Source of the DNA: an uncultured virus (IMG/VR IMGVR_UViG_3300042453_003546)
Taxonomy: Duplodnaviria; Heunggongvirae; Uroviricota; Caudoviricetes
Length of the DNA stretch: 57,165 bases
Virus record (IMG/VR): IMGVR_UViG_3300042453_003546
Strand: one strand, 5' to 3'
The translations under genes were made by a program, and so were the position numbers. Below are positions 20,743-32,101 of this stretch, piece after piece (position 1 is the stretch's first letter; every line of letters begins with the position of its first letter). The notes under the pieces were generated by a model. The model saw nothing but the letters and a program-made list of their open reading frames with translations. It was not told where the DNA came from and searched no databases.

Positions 20743-21516
20743 TTATGATGCTGTTGCAGAACCACCTAAACCAGTTGCGCCAGTTTGAACGTCTAATGTA
20801 TTAAATTGACTTGGATCAACTGTAATAGATACTGTCTTAAATCCACCCGTTTCATTACCTATAATAGTCAACAATGCACGTCTTATAGTTGTTAAGTTTG
20901 CTTGTGGTCTTGCTCTTATTGTAAACTTAGTGCCAATTCTTACCACTGTTCTACCAGCTGTTGTTACACTTGTTACCTCATCATCCAAGAATCCAGTTAC
21001 ACCACCTACGTTTGCAGCTTCTACAACTGCCGCTGCATTTTGTGATGCAAGTGCGCCTTGTGATGTGATCGCCACAGCACCATCTGGAGCTACTTCTAAA
21101 GTGGCTACTGTGTCATCTGAAAGAACCGCTGTATAACCTAAACCACTATTACCACCCTGTAAATTTAATGTAGAAGGTGTTATAGTTACGGTTTGTGTTA
21201 ATGAGGTTAGTGACACTGATGCTGGTGCCACACTTATTACTGGGATACCAATAACATCTTTTGGTAGTGTTACTAACTTGTAGCGAAGCATCTGAGTTTC
21301 ATCTGGTAATGCTTCTAATACTGGCATGTTTTCAATTACAGCACCATAGTAGTTTGTTCCTAAGGTGTGTGCTGGATTCCAAAGATCGTAATCGATCTCA
21401 TCATCGCTTAAAGCAAATTTTGTAATGTTTAATCTGCCACCAGCTGCAAGGATCTCACGACCTTTGTTAGTAAGAATTGCATCTACTGTGACGGTTGAAT
21501 TGTCTAAATATCCCAT
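20743..21516 (-). CDS. Tail/baseplate structural protein (tail-collar-like N-terminus)
   Basis: MGYLDN...VDAILTNKGRE.LA...ITKFALSDDEIDY. Confidence 0.7.
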   Translation of the reverse strand: MGYLDNSTVTVDAILTNKGREILAAGGRLNITKFALSDDEIDYDLWNPAHTLGTNYYGAVIENMPVLEALPDETQMLRYKLVTLPKDVIGIPVISVAPASVSLTSLTQTVTITPSTLNLQGGNSGLGYTAVLSDDTVATLEVAPDGAVAITSQGALASQNAAAVVEAANVGGVTGFLDDEVTSVTTAGRTVVRIGTKFTIRARPQANLTTIRRALLTIIGNETGGFKTVSITVDPSQFNTLDVQTGATGLGGSATAS

Positions 21517-21557
21517 GGATTAATTGTTTTATATAAATATATCGTGTTTAGTAAATA

Positions 21558-24500
21558 TTATAATACTTGTAAATTTCCTCCTGAATTTGGACTAACATTT
21601 ACTTGTAATCCACCTCCTATTGTTACTTCAACTACTGGGCCATTATCAACTGTGTCTGTGCTTGGTACATTCCAATCTGCCGAAGTGAGCTTGCATCCAT
21701 CGTATCGAGCATTCCTCATACCATAACTATCATGCAAATGAAAATCTTGTATTTGCGCTCTGTAATTTAAGCACTTAATTGATAAATTTTTTATTGCGTA
21801 AAAATTACTTGATAAAGATGAATCTATTCCACCACTTATTATTAGATGTGGTCCATTTGGTTGTACCGTATATGTATAAGTTTGGTAAGTAGTGCCTATA
21901 CTTGATAAATCTTCTGTAGATGATAATGATAATCCTCCAAACGCAAGTTTAAAATACGAGTCAGCCTCCATTGTAGTAGAATCTCGTTTTGCAACCACCT
22001 TCACTTCATATAGTAAGTTTTGTGTCCATGGTTCGTCAACATCGTAAAAAAATGCATTAAGTAATGCTCTCTGTTGTATAGCAGAACCAGCTAGACCACT
22101 TCCTGTCCAGTATAACATCAGTCCATTTGTATTTGACATTTTCCAGTAAGCGTTAGTATAACTAGATGTAAGCAATCTTAATCCATAATATTCTAACCAT
22201 GGATCACCTATAACACCAGACCCAGTTAAAGCAACATCGTATGATGCCGTAAAATAATTTGCAAACGCTTTATTAAAGAAAATATCACTATCGTATGTTG
22301 ACAATCCATTATTACTAATAGCGCTTCTGGAATTATCTAAGATAACTGGATTGATAGCTTCGTGATAATCATAACGGCTACTAGTATAACCTAACCATTG
22401 ACTACCGCTTTGATAGTAGCTGTAGAATATATACTGAGATCCATCAACTCTCACATCCCTACCGTATGCCGTTATTCCCAAATCCAGTTGAGCAGCCATG
22501 CTACCACTAGTTGATGGATTATCGTCAATGCCCGTTCTGTTAAATTCGTTAGCGTAACTATCTAATAAAGAGGTAGCGCTACCATTTAATGCAGTACCAT
22601 CTATCACAACCATATTATATGATTGTGTTGGAATAGTTGGTGTAATGTTTATGTTTACGCTAGTATCTTGTGTTGGTTGTATGATTTGCTGTGGTTCGCT
22701 TTGGATGCCAATCAAATAGGTTGCATTAACCACCCCCTCATCAACGTAATCTGGTCCATTTCTGAAAGGCTCGCCATCTCCATCTTGAACAAACCCACCT
22801 GGCATAATATATTCCATAGCAGGTCTTAAATCTATAGACGATGAATATTGTAAATCCTCAAAAGTTGGTAACTTGACTGGTAACTTAGCTCTTGTTAATA
22901 GGTGTGGTTCAATAACTAGACCAACTTGAGTGTTTGCACGATATGGTACAAACTTTTTAATTAATTTGAATAATGCTGAATCGTAGTGTCTTAATAACCT
23001 TATATAATTTTGAGGTGTTCTTCTTCCAGTTGTGAATTTTTTAAAGTATTCATATTGGAGTTCATGCAAGTCTGGATAATGATCTAGTGATAACGCTGAT
23101 GGATCTCCAATATAATCATCAATACTAATACCACCAAACTGCTCAGCGATGTCTTGATTAACTTCGTTTGTTGGGGATAGGTAAATACCCAATCTTGAAC
23201 TCTCTGGTGGATAATTGTCTGTTAATGATCGTACTACACTACTATCTCTACGTAATTGGTTTTGTCCTGCTAAGAAGGTTTCATCAATACGTATTTTATT
23301 ACTTATACTTCTATTTGCTCCAAGATCTGGCCATTCCATTGAGTGAATTTCCGTTACTGGCTCAAAGAATAGCGATAAACTTCCACTATAATTTGATAAA
23401 CTACCACTTTGCAAAATAGATGCACTGATTGGAAAACTACCCGTATAGGTTAGCTTACTTTGATCAGGGTGTCTCGATTGTATGCTAGACGATATATTAT
23501 AGTTTTGTCTTATGTTATCACTTCCTAAAGTAAATCTGGCACCTAAGGTATAGAAGCTGGAAGTACTTCCAGTAAAAACACCATCTGTATTACCTTGGAA
23601 GCTTGTAGGTGCTAGAGCATGATTATCTAATATGCTATTATTCAGCGTCTCTGACCAGAACTTTATTTCTTGAATACTACCTGTCCATGATGAACTTGGA
23701 TAGAAAGTTGTTGGAAAACCCGTTGGATCGGTTGTTACTAATCTTATACCAGCATTATGAGATGATCCACTCAAAAAGCTTCTATTATATGCAACACCTG
23801 CAGGTGTCGATCCCGTAACTGTGAACGATGCAGAGTAGGTAGCTACTACCTTTTCGTAGTTAACACGCTTTGCAACTAACTTATAAACTTGATTCTGAGT
23901 TGCTACATCAGTTTTATTTTCTCTATGTAATGCAATATGATACCAGTTACCATCATACACTGAGCAACTAAAGCTTGAAGTTACCCACACACTACTACCA
24001 CTTTGTTTTAGAAAAAATCCTAAATGATCACCACTACCACTTTGAAATGCTTTAATTAACCACTGATCTTTTACTCCCATTAACACTTTATCACCAGTCT
24101 GGTTTTTAGCCATCTTAGCTCTTACCTCAATGGTCATTGGTTTAAGAGAATTTTGTGGTAAACTCTCCCATGGTGTAGACAAATATTGAAATGCTGATCC
24201 TGTTATTTGCCCTAATCTAGTTGCATAGAAAAACCTCTCATGTACATAATCAGTCTTTGTATCAAAGTCTGGTTCTGCACCTCCAAATTCACGAATACGT
24301 AAGATTGTTTGTGGAATACCAAAGCAATTAATTAATGCTCTAACACCACGCTCCGTTCCTTTTGTTTTCAGTAGATACGGAAGATTATTAATAATACGTT
24401 TCCAAGTCTCTCGTGTTTTGTCTTGAGTTGTTATTCCATATGTTGATGAAAGCGATCCAGTCACATCAGTCCCTAATGCATAATTCCACAATTCCTCTAA

Positions 24501-26075
24501 TGACGTACCATTTTCAAAATCAACACCTAAGTTTTGCGCAACATGAAATACAAGCTCTTTACTAAATCCCTCAAGTAATGATTGATCTCTATTGTTAATA
24601 TCGCTCATTGCTTTCACATAAGCAAACACCAAATCGAAGTAGTGTCCAATCATATGTGTGAAGAGCACATATCCTTCATTTGCGTCGTTTTCTTGTATGT
24701 GTGCTGGGATCAGCTTGTATAAAGCCTTCTCATTATTTTGGTCATATAAACTTGCAGATGTCAATATTCCTTCAAACCAAGTTTCTACTTGTGATGACGT
24801 ATACGAGTAATTAACGTATGGTAATGTTGATGTTGATTTTGGCCAAGTTGATGGATAAAACTCACCAAAGCTATTTGTTACATAACTACTAGATTCATAG
24901 TATAGATACTTCTCATATCCATCCAGCGATCCTATAAGTGCTGCTTTTTTTGTTGTAGCGTCATTTACATTATTTAGAAAATAGACACTACTAGAAACAC
25001 TACTACTTGGTAACCCATTTAGGTTTGTCGTTAGAGTTGCAATACGTGCATTATAACCCTCTAACAATTGTATCTTGTATTTAAAATTCAACAATCGCTC
25101 ATATGCTGAGCTAAAGTTGATAAAATTCTTAAACTCTTTATAATCTATGTTTAATGGGACACCCTCTAAGAAAGAACTACTCAATAGAGTATTTACAATG
25201 TCTTGTGATGTTTGTGTGTTGGTTGATAGTAAGTCTTCCCAATCTCTATACTGTGTTGCAAATGCAGTTTGCTCTTTGTTTATAGCATCCCAGTTTGGTC
25301 CTGCGATTGCTCTTGTTCTTGCTCTTCTTTTTGGTGGTACTATGGTTATAGTATCAACTAGATCATCACTTACTTGCTGTGCTAACCATAAAAAGTCCCC
25401 CAGTATAACTCCATCAGGTGCTGGTGCAGATAACTTAAAAATTATGCTATATGGGGTTGTTGGAAAAGTAAACTTATCTTGTACATAATCAAATACTCGC
25501 ATTGCAGTATTTGCATCCTTAAACAAAACAAGATTAGATAACACTTGCGATTTAGGAATTGCAAAAAAGCTTTCTCCAAAGTTTTGTAAAAAACTAGTAT
25601 TATCAAGTGTTGTAGAAACAGCAGGTATAACTCTTATTTCAAGACCATCAGCACTAATTTCTTGAATTTGTAATTTATGTCCATCACCTGATCCAAGGTA
25701 GTTTCTGTGAAATTTATAAATAACTCTATATTTTCCGGAAATATAACCTAAGTTGAAAAGGTCTCTTTCTGGATCTACAGTAACTCTTGTTAAGACTTGT
25801 TCAAAAGTAGTTACTCTATAGTTAGATTCAAGATATTGATTATTGGCATTAATTACATCCAAACGAACTACATCATTTGGATAGTTAGCAATCGTGTTGT
25901 TATATAATCCCCATGGGGTAACGAGTGATTGCTGGGTTGCTTGAGTTAGCACTGTTTGTAGTGTCTCTCGTACTATGCCAGTAGTAGCACCTCTCTCAAC
26001 AGCTTCCGGTAATGCACTTTGTGGTCCATTACTAAGGTTCGTGTTATTGACGTTAAGTATATTTCTATTAGGCAC
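21558..26075 (-). CDS. Large baseplate wedge-like protein with LamG domain (GTG start)
   Basis: LPYLLKTKGTERGVRALINCFG (gp7/P2 gpI-like), DGNWYHIAL...WTGSIQEIKFW LamG, LIKKFVPYRA. Confidence 0.7.
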   Translation of the reverse strand: MPNRNILNVNNTNLSNGPQSALPEAVERGATTGIVRETLQTVLTQATQQSLVTPWGLYNNTIANYPNDVVRLDVINANNQYLESNYRVTTFEQVLTRVTVDPERDLFNLGYISGKYRVIYKFHRNYLGSGDGHKLQIQEISADGLEIRVIPAVSTTLDNTSFLQNFGESFFAIPKSQVLSNLVLFKDANTAMRVFDYVQDKFTFPTTPYSIIFKLSAPAPDGVILGDFLWLAQQVSDDLVDTITIVPPKRRARTRAIAGPNWDAINKEQTAFATQYRDWEDLLSTNTQTSQDIVNTLLSSSFLEGVPLNIDYKEFKNFINFSSAYERLLNFKYKIQLLEGYNARIATLTTNLNGLPSSSVSSSVYFLNNVNDATTKKAALIGSLDGYEKYLYYESSSYVTNSFGEFYPSTWPKSTSTLPYVNYSYTSSQVETWFEGILTSASLYDQNNEKALYKLIPAHIQENDANEGYVLFTHMIGHYFDLVFAYVKAMSDINNRDQSLLEGFSKELVFHVAQNLGVDFENGTSLEELWNYALGTDVTGSLSSTYGITTQDKTRETWKRIINNLPYLLKTKGTERGVRALINCFGIPQTILRIREFGGAEPDFDTKTDYVHERFFYATRLGQITGSAFQYLSTPWESLPQNSLKPMTIEVRAKMAKNQTGDKVLMGVKDQWLIKAFQSGSGDHLGFFLKQSGSSVWVTSSFSCSVYDGNWYHIALHRENKTDVATQNQVYKLVAKRVNYEKVVATYSASFTVTGSTPAGVAYNRSFLSGSSHNAGIRLVTTDPTGFPTTFYPSSSWTGSIQEIKFWSETLNNSILDNHALAPTSFQGNTDGVFTGSTSSFYTLGARFTLGSDNIRQNYNISSSIQSRHPDQSKLTYTGSFPISASILQSGSLSNYSGSLSLFFEPVTEIHSMEWPDLGANRSISNKIRIDETFLAGQNQLRRDSSVVRSLTDNYPPESSRLGIYLSPTNEVNQDIAEQFGGISIDDYIGDPSALSLDHYPDLHELQYEYFKKFTTGRRTPQNYIRLLRHYDSALFKLIKKFVPYRANTQVGLVIEPHLLTRAKLPVKLPTFEDLQYSSSIDLRPAMEYIMPGGFVQDGDGEPFRNGPDYVDEGVVNATYLIGIQSEPQQIIQPTQDTSVNINITPTIPTQSYNMVVIDGTALNGSATSLLDSYANEFNRTGIDDNPSTSGSMAAQLDLGITAYGRDVRVDGSQYIFYSYYQSGSQWLGYTSSRYDYHEAINPVILDNSRSAISNNGLSTYDSDIFFNKAFANYFTASYDVALTGSGVIGDPWLEYYGLRLLTSSYTNAYWKMSNTNGLMLYWTGSGLAGSAIQQRALLNAFFYDVDEPWTQNLLYEVKVVAKRDSTTMEADSYFKLAFGGLSLSSTEDLSSIGTTYQTYTYTVQPNGPHLIISGGIDSSLSSNFYAIKNLSIKCLNYRAQIQDFHLHDSYGMRNARYDGCKLTSADWNVPSTDTVDNGPVVEVTIGGGLQVNVSPNSGGNLQVL

Positions 26076-26108
26076 CTATTTTAATATAAATATATTAAAA
26101 AAAACTTC

Positions 26109-28598
26109 TTATTGATATCTCTCTGCCTGCTGGCTTGTTATTCCTAGCGAATTGTTTAATTCTCCTGCAACAAAGCTTCTATCTTCGGTTTCTGTAATTG
26201 TATTATTTCCTGGCATGTTTGGTGTCTCTTGTGCATCAGGTGGTACATCTACATTAGCTTGGTTAAGTAGGTTTTGTTGTTGTGCTTCATACGCTGATAG
26301 ATCTTGTAAAGATAGGAATGGACTTGCCACTTGAGGCGGTTGTGGAACACTTATATATGGATTCACAAGTATATATCTAAAGTATTGTTGATTAGCAGTG
26401 TTAAATTCATCACGCAATTGCAGTCTAGCTTTTTGCCATCCTAATACAGTTGATGCTAATGGTGGTATATTATAAGTAACATACTGATCCGATATCTGTA
26501 TATTATTTGGAGCTAGAATAAACTTCATCTTAGTTATTCCACATCTAGGATTACCATATTCAACTACTCTTGCACTAGTGTTTGATGTATTGCCATATAT
26601 ATCGCTGTATATTTCTTGACTCGTCCAACCCTTTAATCTACTATCAACATCCTTTATGACTTGGGACGTATGAATAAAATCAACTTTTATTCTAACAGAT
26701 CGTGTTTGTGATGGTATGATGATATCCTTTCCTACCCCAATCATTGCAGCTCCTCCGTAATCAGGCAAAGCTTTGTAATACCAATACGGATTGTTTACTG
26801 GCGGAACTGCATCTGAACGGGACTTTTCTCCATACCATATATAACCTGGATATACAGTTCCTTTTCGCCAATCATCATCACTTCCAGTAATTGGTGTGTA
26901 TCTATATTTGTTTAAAAAATGTTTTGCAGTAACGTCTGTTAAATTTGCTGGTAAAGCATTTTGTGTTCTATAATATTCTCTTCCAAATAATCCGGATCCA
27001 GCTGCAAAGAACGCTTGCATTGCATTTGTGTCTGTAAACTTCTGTCCAAATACTCTTATTGCATTATTTCCGTTTGGAATAAGATATTCATAAACAGCAT
27101 ATAATGTTAGTACAAAATAAACCTTTTCCTTTAATGCCCAAATATCCTCAACAGTAGGTCCTGGAATAACTTCTTCTTTTAATATTTTACTAAGAGAATC
27201 GAGATATGAAATTGTTATATTTGTTAAATCGTTACATTGAGGTATGATTTCAATATCGGTATTTGGTAAAAGTGTATATTTTGAATCTCCTCGCTGTTCA
27301 ACTCGTACATCGGGAAAGTACTCATTACTCTTTCTTACAATGCTATCATATACCTCTTCACTGTCTTTTATAAAATAATTGAAGGTTTTTTCACCTTCGG
27401 TTGTTTGGCACTTTATTTTATAATCGGTAATACCAATTCCAACATAAGCAAAGAATTGAGATGTCATATACTTTACTCCATACACATAACCATCAACGTA
27501 ATCAGCAACATCATTCAAATCGATTGTTTGATTCATTGACGTTATTTCTCTACCACCAAATTTTTCAAATTTAATTTTTCTTCTCGTAAAATAGTTTGGA
27601 GTCTGATTTTCAATCTCTGCTCGAAGACCTATTAAAGCCGATCCAGTATTTTGGTTATATAAATCCATCCATCTAACACCTGGAAAAAAGGCTGCTGGTA
27701 GTTTATTTTGAATATCATACGGACCTCCATTTGCATAAAAATCCTCGTTTGGTACTAGATGCGGTTGTGTATTATAGGCTACCCATTCTGGAAAAGATGT
27801 ATTTGGAATTGATTTGGTATTTATATCAGTAAAATTAGTGCCTTCTAATCTAGATCTCTCTCGATGCCACAAGTAAAAAGCCCCTTGTTGTCCAGCTGCG
27901 CTAAACCGGAATTGCGGTAATACAGCTTCTTGAAAAGCTTCGTTATAATCTGCTGTATTAAACCTACCTAAATTAAAACTACCAAATTTTCGACTAGTTG
28001 TAATATCCATTTGGAAGGTGTCTACAACAATCTGACCATCTCCTATCCAGTTATCTAAACCACCCTCACCATCTCCATTTAAGATAAGATTCTTAAACAT
28101 TTTTGGATGTTGCAGAGGATCTACAATTTCTAACTCTAGCGGTTGGGTAGTAGTGGTTCCAAAATTATTTGAAACTTCACAAGTATAAACACCACTAAGA
28201 TCTGGTTTACTATTTTGCTGTGACACTGACAATCCAGATACCCCAACTCCCCCATTTAATCTGTTTAGAGAATAAACCGTAGCACCATCTTTTTTCCATA
28301 CAAATGATATATTATCTAAACTGTTACGGTCGTTAACATTAGATGGATCTGTCACCCTTACCTCAAAGCTAAACGCAGTATTTTGTAATGCACGAACAAC
28401 ATTAAACTTTGGTTTGATTTCTTGATACAATGGTAATCCATTATCAAAACCTATAATCCAGCTATACTGAACAAAGTTATTAATTGGTTGTGATGCAATA
28501 AATGGTAGGGCAGGAGGAGATGGTAGTAATTGAAACTCTCCTGCTCTTATAGCTGTATCCTGTGCGGATGATGATAATCGTATACTTCTACGTGCCAT
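26109..28598 (-). CDS. Virion protein with Ig-like and carbohydrate-binding-like domains
   Basis: FVWKKDG...SGVYTCEVSN (Ig I-set); NLILNGDGEGGLDNW...QTIDL. Confidence 0.65.
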   Translation of the reverse strand: MARRSIRLSSSAQDTAIRAGEFQLLPSPPALPFIASQPINNFVQYSWIIGFDNGLPLYQEIKPKFNVVRALQNTAFSFEVRVTDPSNVNDRNSLDNISFVWKKDGATVYSLNRLNGGVGVSGLSVSQQNSKPDLSGVYTCEVSNNFGTTTTQPLELEIVDPLQHPKMFKNLILNGDGEGGLDNWIGDGQIVVDTFQMDITTSRKFGSFNLGRFNTADYNEAFQEAVLPQFRFSAAGQQGAFYLWHRERSRLEGTNFTDINTKSIPNTSFPEWVAYNTQPHLVPNEDFYANGGPYDIQNKLPAAFFPGVRWMDLYNQNTGSALIGLRAEIENQTPNYFTRRKIKFEKFGGREITSMNQTIDLNDVADYVDGYVYGVKYMTSQFFAYVGIGITDYKIKCQTTEGEKTFNYFIKDSEEVYDSIVRKSNEYFPDVRVEQRGDSKYTLLPNTDIEIIPQCNDLTNITISYLDSLSKILKEEVIPGPTVEDIWALKEKVYFVLTLYAVYEYLIPNGNNAIRVFGQKFTDTNAMQAFFAAGSGLFGREYYRTQNALPANLTDVTAKHFLNKYRYTPITGSDDDWRKGTVYPGYIWYGEKSRSDAVPPVNNPYWYYKALPDYGGAAMIGVGKDIIIPSQTRSVRIKVDFIHTSQVIKDVDSRLKGWTSQEIYSDIYGNTSNTSARVVEYGNPRCGITKMKFILAPNNIQISDQYVTYNIPPLASTVLGWQKARLQLRDEFNTANQQYFRYILVNPYISVPQPPQVASPFLSLQDLSAYEAQQQNLLNQANVDVPPDAQETPNMPGNNTITETEDRSFVAGELNNSLGITSQQAERYQ

Positions 28599-28612
28599 TT
28601 ATTTTAAATATA

Positions 28613-31600
28613 CTAGTCTTGTGAACTTGGAATATAATTACCTTCGTTTGTGTCTTGTAGTGGTGTATAATATATTTTATAATTTGTACCATCCGCTGTA
28701 GAACCAGCAGCTGGAGATCCAGGACCAAAGTTAATATCTGAGGGTCTGATTGATAATAATTCGATTTTTTGTATTGATGTCCTCATATTCAAGAGATGTG
28801 GTGGTACTTCTCTAAATAAATTTAAGTTTGATGGAAATACATTAGTACCGCCTGCAAACTGCAATCCTAAAGTCGTATTTGTGTAATCAGTGACTTGTGC
28901 GTCGTTGAATATTCTAGAATTGAGAGTTTGATATTGAGGAGTTCCTGATGATCCTCCAACCGTATCTCGAATATATCGATCAATAACACGAAGTTGTGTT
29001 TGTGGATTACTTAAATCAGCCTGTGACGGGTAGAAAGCTGGATTGAATATATTAATTGAAAACCTAGAACTCTGACCTCCCTCAAAAATATTTAAAATAG
29101 TTGCATATTGTGTTTCACTCGGTACTCTTGTTTTATCATAGGCATATACTTCTAACGAACTAGAAAAAGATCTAAGATCACTAAGAGTTACACCAAAGTT
29201 ATTATAAAAAGCTGCAACATTAGGTTGATTTACAACCGATGTTATCTCTTGGTTAATTAATGTAAAGGCTTGTTGAACCCTTCCATTATAGTATCTATTT
29301 TGTGTAAGCGGTACTCGAGAAAAATCACCTAAGTTTGCATGTAAAGCTCGTATTAGTTTTATAGGCGATCTCTCTCTAACTTCAAACTGATATGGATAGC
29401 CACCCAATCCAAAGCCACCATTGGTCATGGAGGTAAACTTAAACTCAGCTGGTATTGTGGATTGTAATACACCATATGGATCAATTGAGTGTTCTAATTC
29501 AATTGGATTAGTTGTAGTACCCTTACCAATATACTTACTGCCAGAAGATCCTGCTACTACGGAAGTAGAAAATAAATTACCTACATTGATAGATTGTGAA
29601 ATAAAACTAGCTGGTCTAGCCAATGTTACCTTTGTATCTGCTGGATTTGTAAAATCAAAGTCTAAATAATACGACTGGATGGCTTGTGTATCATTTTGAG
29701 ACCCTCCTATCTGACTAGTGGTTAATCTTGTTTGTGTACCAGGAGGGGTTGATGGATTGGAAGCATTTACTATCCCAAAAGTTATTATATACCTTGCTCT
29801 ATTTATCCATGGTCTTTCTATCTCTGGATATTGTGATGGTGATATGCTACCACTCATTCCCCAAACTACATAACCATTATCAGCTAAAGTATTTGCAGTT
29901 GTGCTAAAATTAGGTGTACGTGAATTTCTATCTGATTGATATGGATCTAATAACCTATATCTAACATAATCAAAAAATGGTGTAAATGATTGTATATCGT
30001 TTGGAGTAATAGCATTTTCTATAGCTCCTTCATAGGAAATAACTGAGTTTTGCACAAATGGAAATAATGCGCCATTGGTGATTTGATAGTCTACAAATGA
30101 CGATGCATTTTGTGTATTTGGTGATCCTGGCTGACTTGATAATTTTAATCGCAATTCTATCCTATCTCGTGTTTGTAAGTAACCTAGATTATCTAGTGTT
30201 GGTACTCCTTCACTATAATATTTGAATGTCACCGTTAATGCTTTTGAGAGTGTTCCTAATGGATCATATATTCGAGTGCCAGTTAATCCAGAAGGGAACG
30301 ATGAAGTCGGAGTTAGATTTCTTACTAAAGATATTCCAGTATAATAATCTGTGACTTGGTTTTGTTGTGTTAATATTGGTAATAGAGCCAAGTTTAATCC
30401 AGTCACCATCACTCGTGGATCTTGTGCAGTAGGGAAAAATTCTGAAGGCGTCTTATCTAGACTTCCAGAATACTCCTTTATACGTTGATATATCGGTTTA
30501 TATGTTGGACTAAGTGGTGGCTTACTAAATTTATTTTTTTTGTACGGTGTCTCCCAACTCAATACTTCAAAAATTTCATCCGCATCATTTACTAAGTCCG
30601 TATACGTTTCAAAAATTCTCCAGTCAGTAGAATCAAAATTTAACGAAATTCGAACCTTAGTTGTCTTAGGATTAAGTCTCTCAATAATTTGTTTATTAAA
30701 TTCCACATACTGTCCATATGTGTATCGATATCGCTGATCTGGATACAAATTATTCGCTACATTTAATATCAGGTCTCTAGGGTCGTTTGACGATGTTTCT
30801 TCAAGTCCATATATATCAATAGGATATACACTATTCTGATAGGAGGATTGATTAATCCTTTCTTGCCATGGATCTAAAAGAGTGATGCGTGAATTATATG
30901 TTTGGGTGGCGCCTTGATTACTAACTAATAGTGTTGTTGGCACTCTCGTTTCATTATCAAATTCTTCAATTGTTACATATGCTTTTTCTGCAACTTTATC
31001 TGCAGGACCTGCTGTAAGGAAGTTTACTAAACTTAACCTTGCATACGATTGATAGTAGCTTAATGGATCTAATCTGCGTCTTGGATCAACTAATTCTTCT
31101 ACCGGAATATATTGGGATAAACCATTACCAATGTAGCAACTAAACAATGCCCTAACACCTTCCACACCATATATACCTCCTTTTATTAAAGGTATAATAT
31201 CCGTAAGGTCAATATCCTGATACGCTCTTACTTGGAATGTACCACCCTTACGATCAAATTTATATCTTGTACGAGTAAAGTAGTAAGGGTTATTAAGATA
31301 TGTTTGAGTCATGTCAAAATTTTGAATAGCACCCATATCAATTTGATAAGGTCTTGGATGCATCATATCCATTGTATATCCAAATAAATCTACTCTATTA
31401 GGTCGTATAAAATCTTGTGATGGTATTTTTGAAAATGGTTTCGATATAAAATCAGAATTATTTGCATTCCATTCGTTTACTCCATCAGCTCCTGTTGGAT
31501 TTTTAACAAGATTTCTATAGAATAATGTATCAAAATCTAGATTAAGTACTTCTAATGTGATTGTCTCACTTATTGTTGTACCTATATCATTTGAAATTTC

Positions 31601-32101
31601 ACATAAGTATGTTCCTGCAGAAGATGGTTGTACACTATTGAATTCAATTACACTACCACTCACAACTACTGATGATTGTAGTGAGTCGCTTGTTGATGTG
31701 TTTAAAATTTCACTATCTTTCCTCCAGATAAATGTTAAACTAGAGCTTGGTGGTATGAGTTTTAAAATACCATTTTCTACATTTAGTATATTTGGTTGCT
31801 CGGCTTCAATAGCAATTTTAAAAGTTGAACCTATATTAACTTTCACTGTACCATCTGGAAAGAGGTACATAAAGTCTCCAGTTGCATTAGCAGTTGAATA
31901 TGGTTTTATCTGTGGTGTTGAAGCTTCTGTTATTGGTTTAGTAATGACTGGTGGTCGATTTATGATTACGGGTAGTAAATCATAAACTGTATCATTTTCG
32001 TCTGTTGTTGATGTAGGTATAGACGGAAATACACCAGTAGTTATTCTTGGTGTTGTGTTGTCGTTTAAATCGCCTATTAAGGATTGATCGGGAAATCTCA
32101 T
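28613..32101 (-). CDS. Virion protein with Ig-like and carbohydrate-binding-like domains, paralogue of neighbour
   Basis: FIWRKDS...AGTYLCEISN; NLVKNPTGADGVNEW...QDIDL. Confidence 0.65.
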   Translation of the reverse strand: MRFPDQSLIGDLNDNTTPRITTGVFPSIPTSTTDENDTVYDLLPVIINRPPVITKPITEASTPQIKPYSTANATGDFMYLFPDGTVKVNIGSTFKIAIEAEQPNILNVENGILKLIPPSSSLTFIWRKDSEILNTSTSDSLQSSVVVSGSVIEFNSVQPSSAGTYLCEISNDIGTTISETITLEVLNLDFDTLFYRNLVKNPTGADGVNEWNANNSDFISKPFSKIPSQDFIRPNRVDLFGYTMDMMHPRPYQIDMGAIQNFDMTQTYLNNPYYFTRTRYKFDRKGGTFQVRAYQDIDLTDIIPLIKGGIYGVEGVRALFSCYIGNGLSQYIPVEELVDPRRRLDPLSYYQSYARLSLVNFLTAGPADKVAEKAYVTIEEFDNETRVPTTLLVSNQGATQTYNSRITLLDPWQERINQSSYQNSVYPIDIYGLEETSSNDPRDLILNVANNLYPDQRYRYTYGQYVEFNKQIIERLNPKTTKVRISLNFDSTDWRIFETYTDLVNDADEIFEVLSWETPYKKNKFSKPPLSPTYKPIYQRIKEYSGSLDKTPSEFFPTAQDPRVMVTGLNLALLPILTQQNQVTDYYTGISLVRNLTPTSSFPSGLTGTRIYDPLGTLSKALTVTFKYYSEGVPTLDNLGYLQTRDRIELRLKLSSQPGSPNTQNASSFVDYQITNGALFPFVQNSVISYEGAIENAITPNDIQSFTPFFDYVRYRLLDPYQSDRNSRTPNFSTTANTLADNGYVVWGMSGSISPSQYPEIERPWINRARYIITFGIVNASNPSTPPGTQTRLTTSQIGGSQNDTQAIQSYYLDFDFTNPADTKVTLARPASFISQSINVGNLFSTSVVAGSSGSKYIGKGTTTNPIELEHSIDPYGVLQSTIPAEFKFTSMTNGGFGLGGYPYQFEVRERSPIKLIRALHANLGDFSRVPLTQNRYYNGRVQQAFTLINQEITSVVNQPNVAAFYNNFGVTLSDLRSFSSSLEVYAYDKTRVPSETQYATILNIFEGGQSSRFSINIFNPAFYPSQADLSNPQTQLRVIDRYIRDTVGGSSGTPQYQTLNSRIFNDAQVTDYTNTTLGLQFAGGTNVFPSNLNLFREVPPHLLNMRTSIQKIELLSIRPSDINFGPGSPAAGSTADGTNYKIYYTPLQDTNEGNYIPSSQD

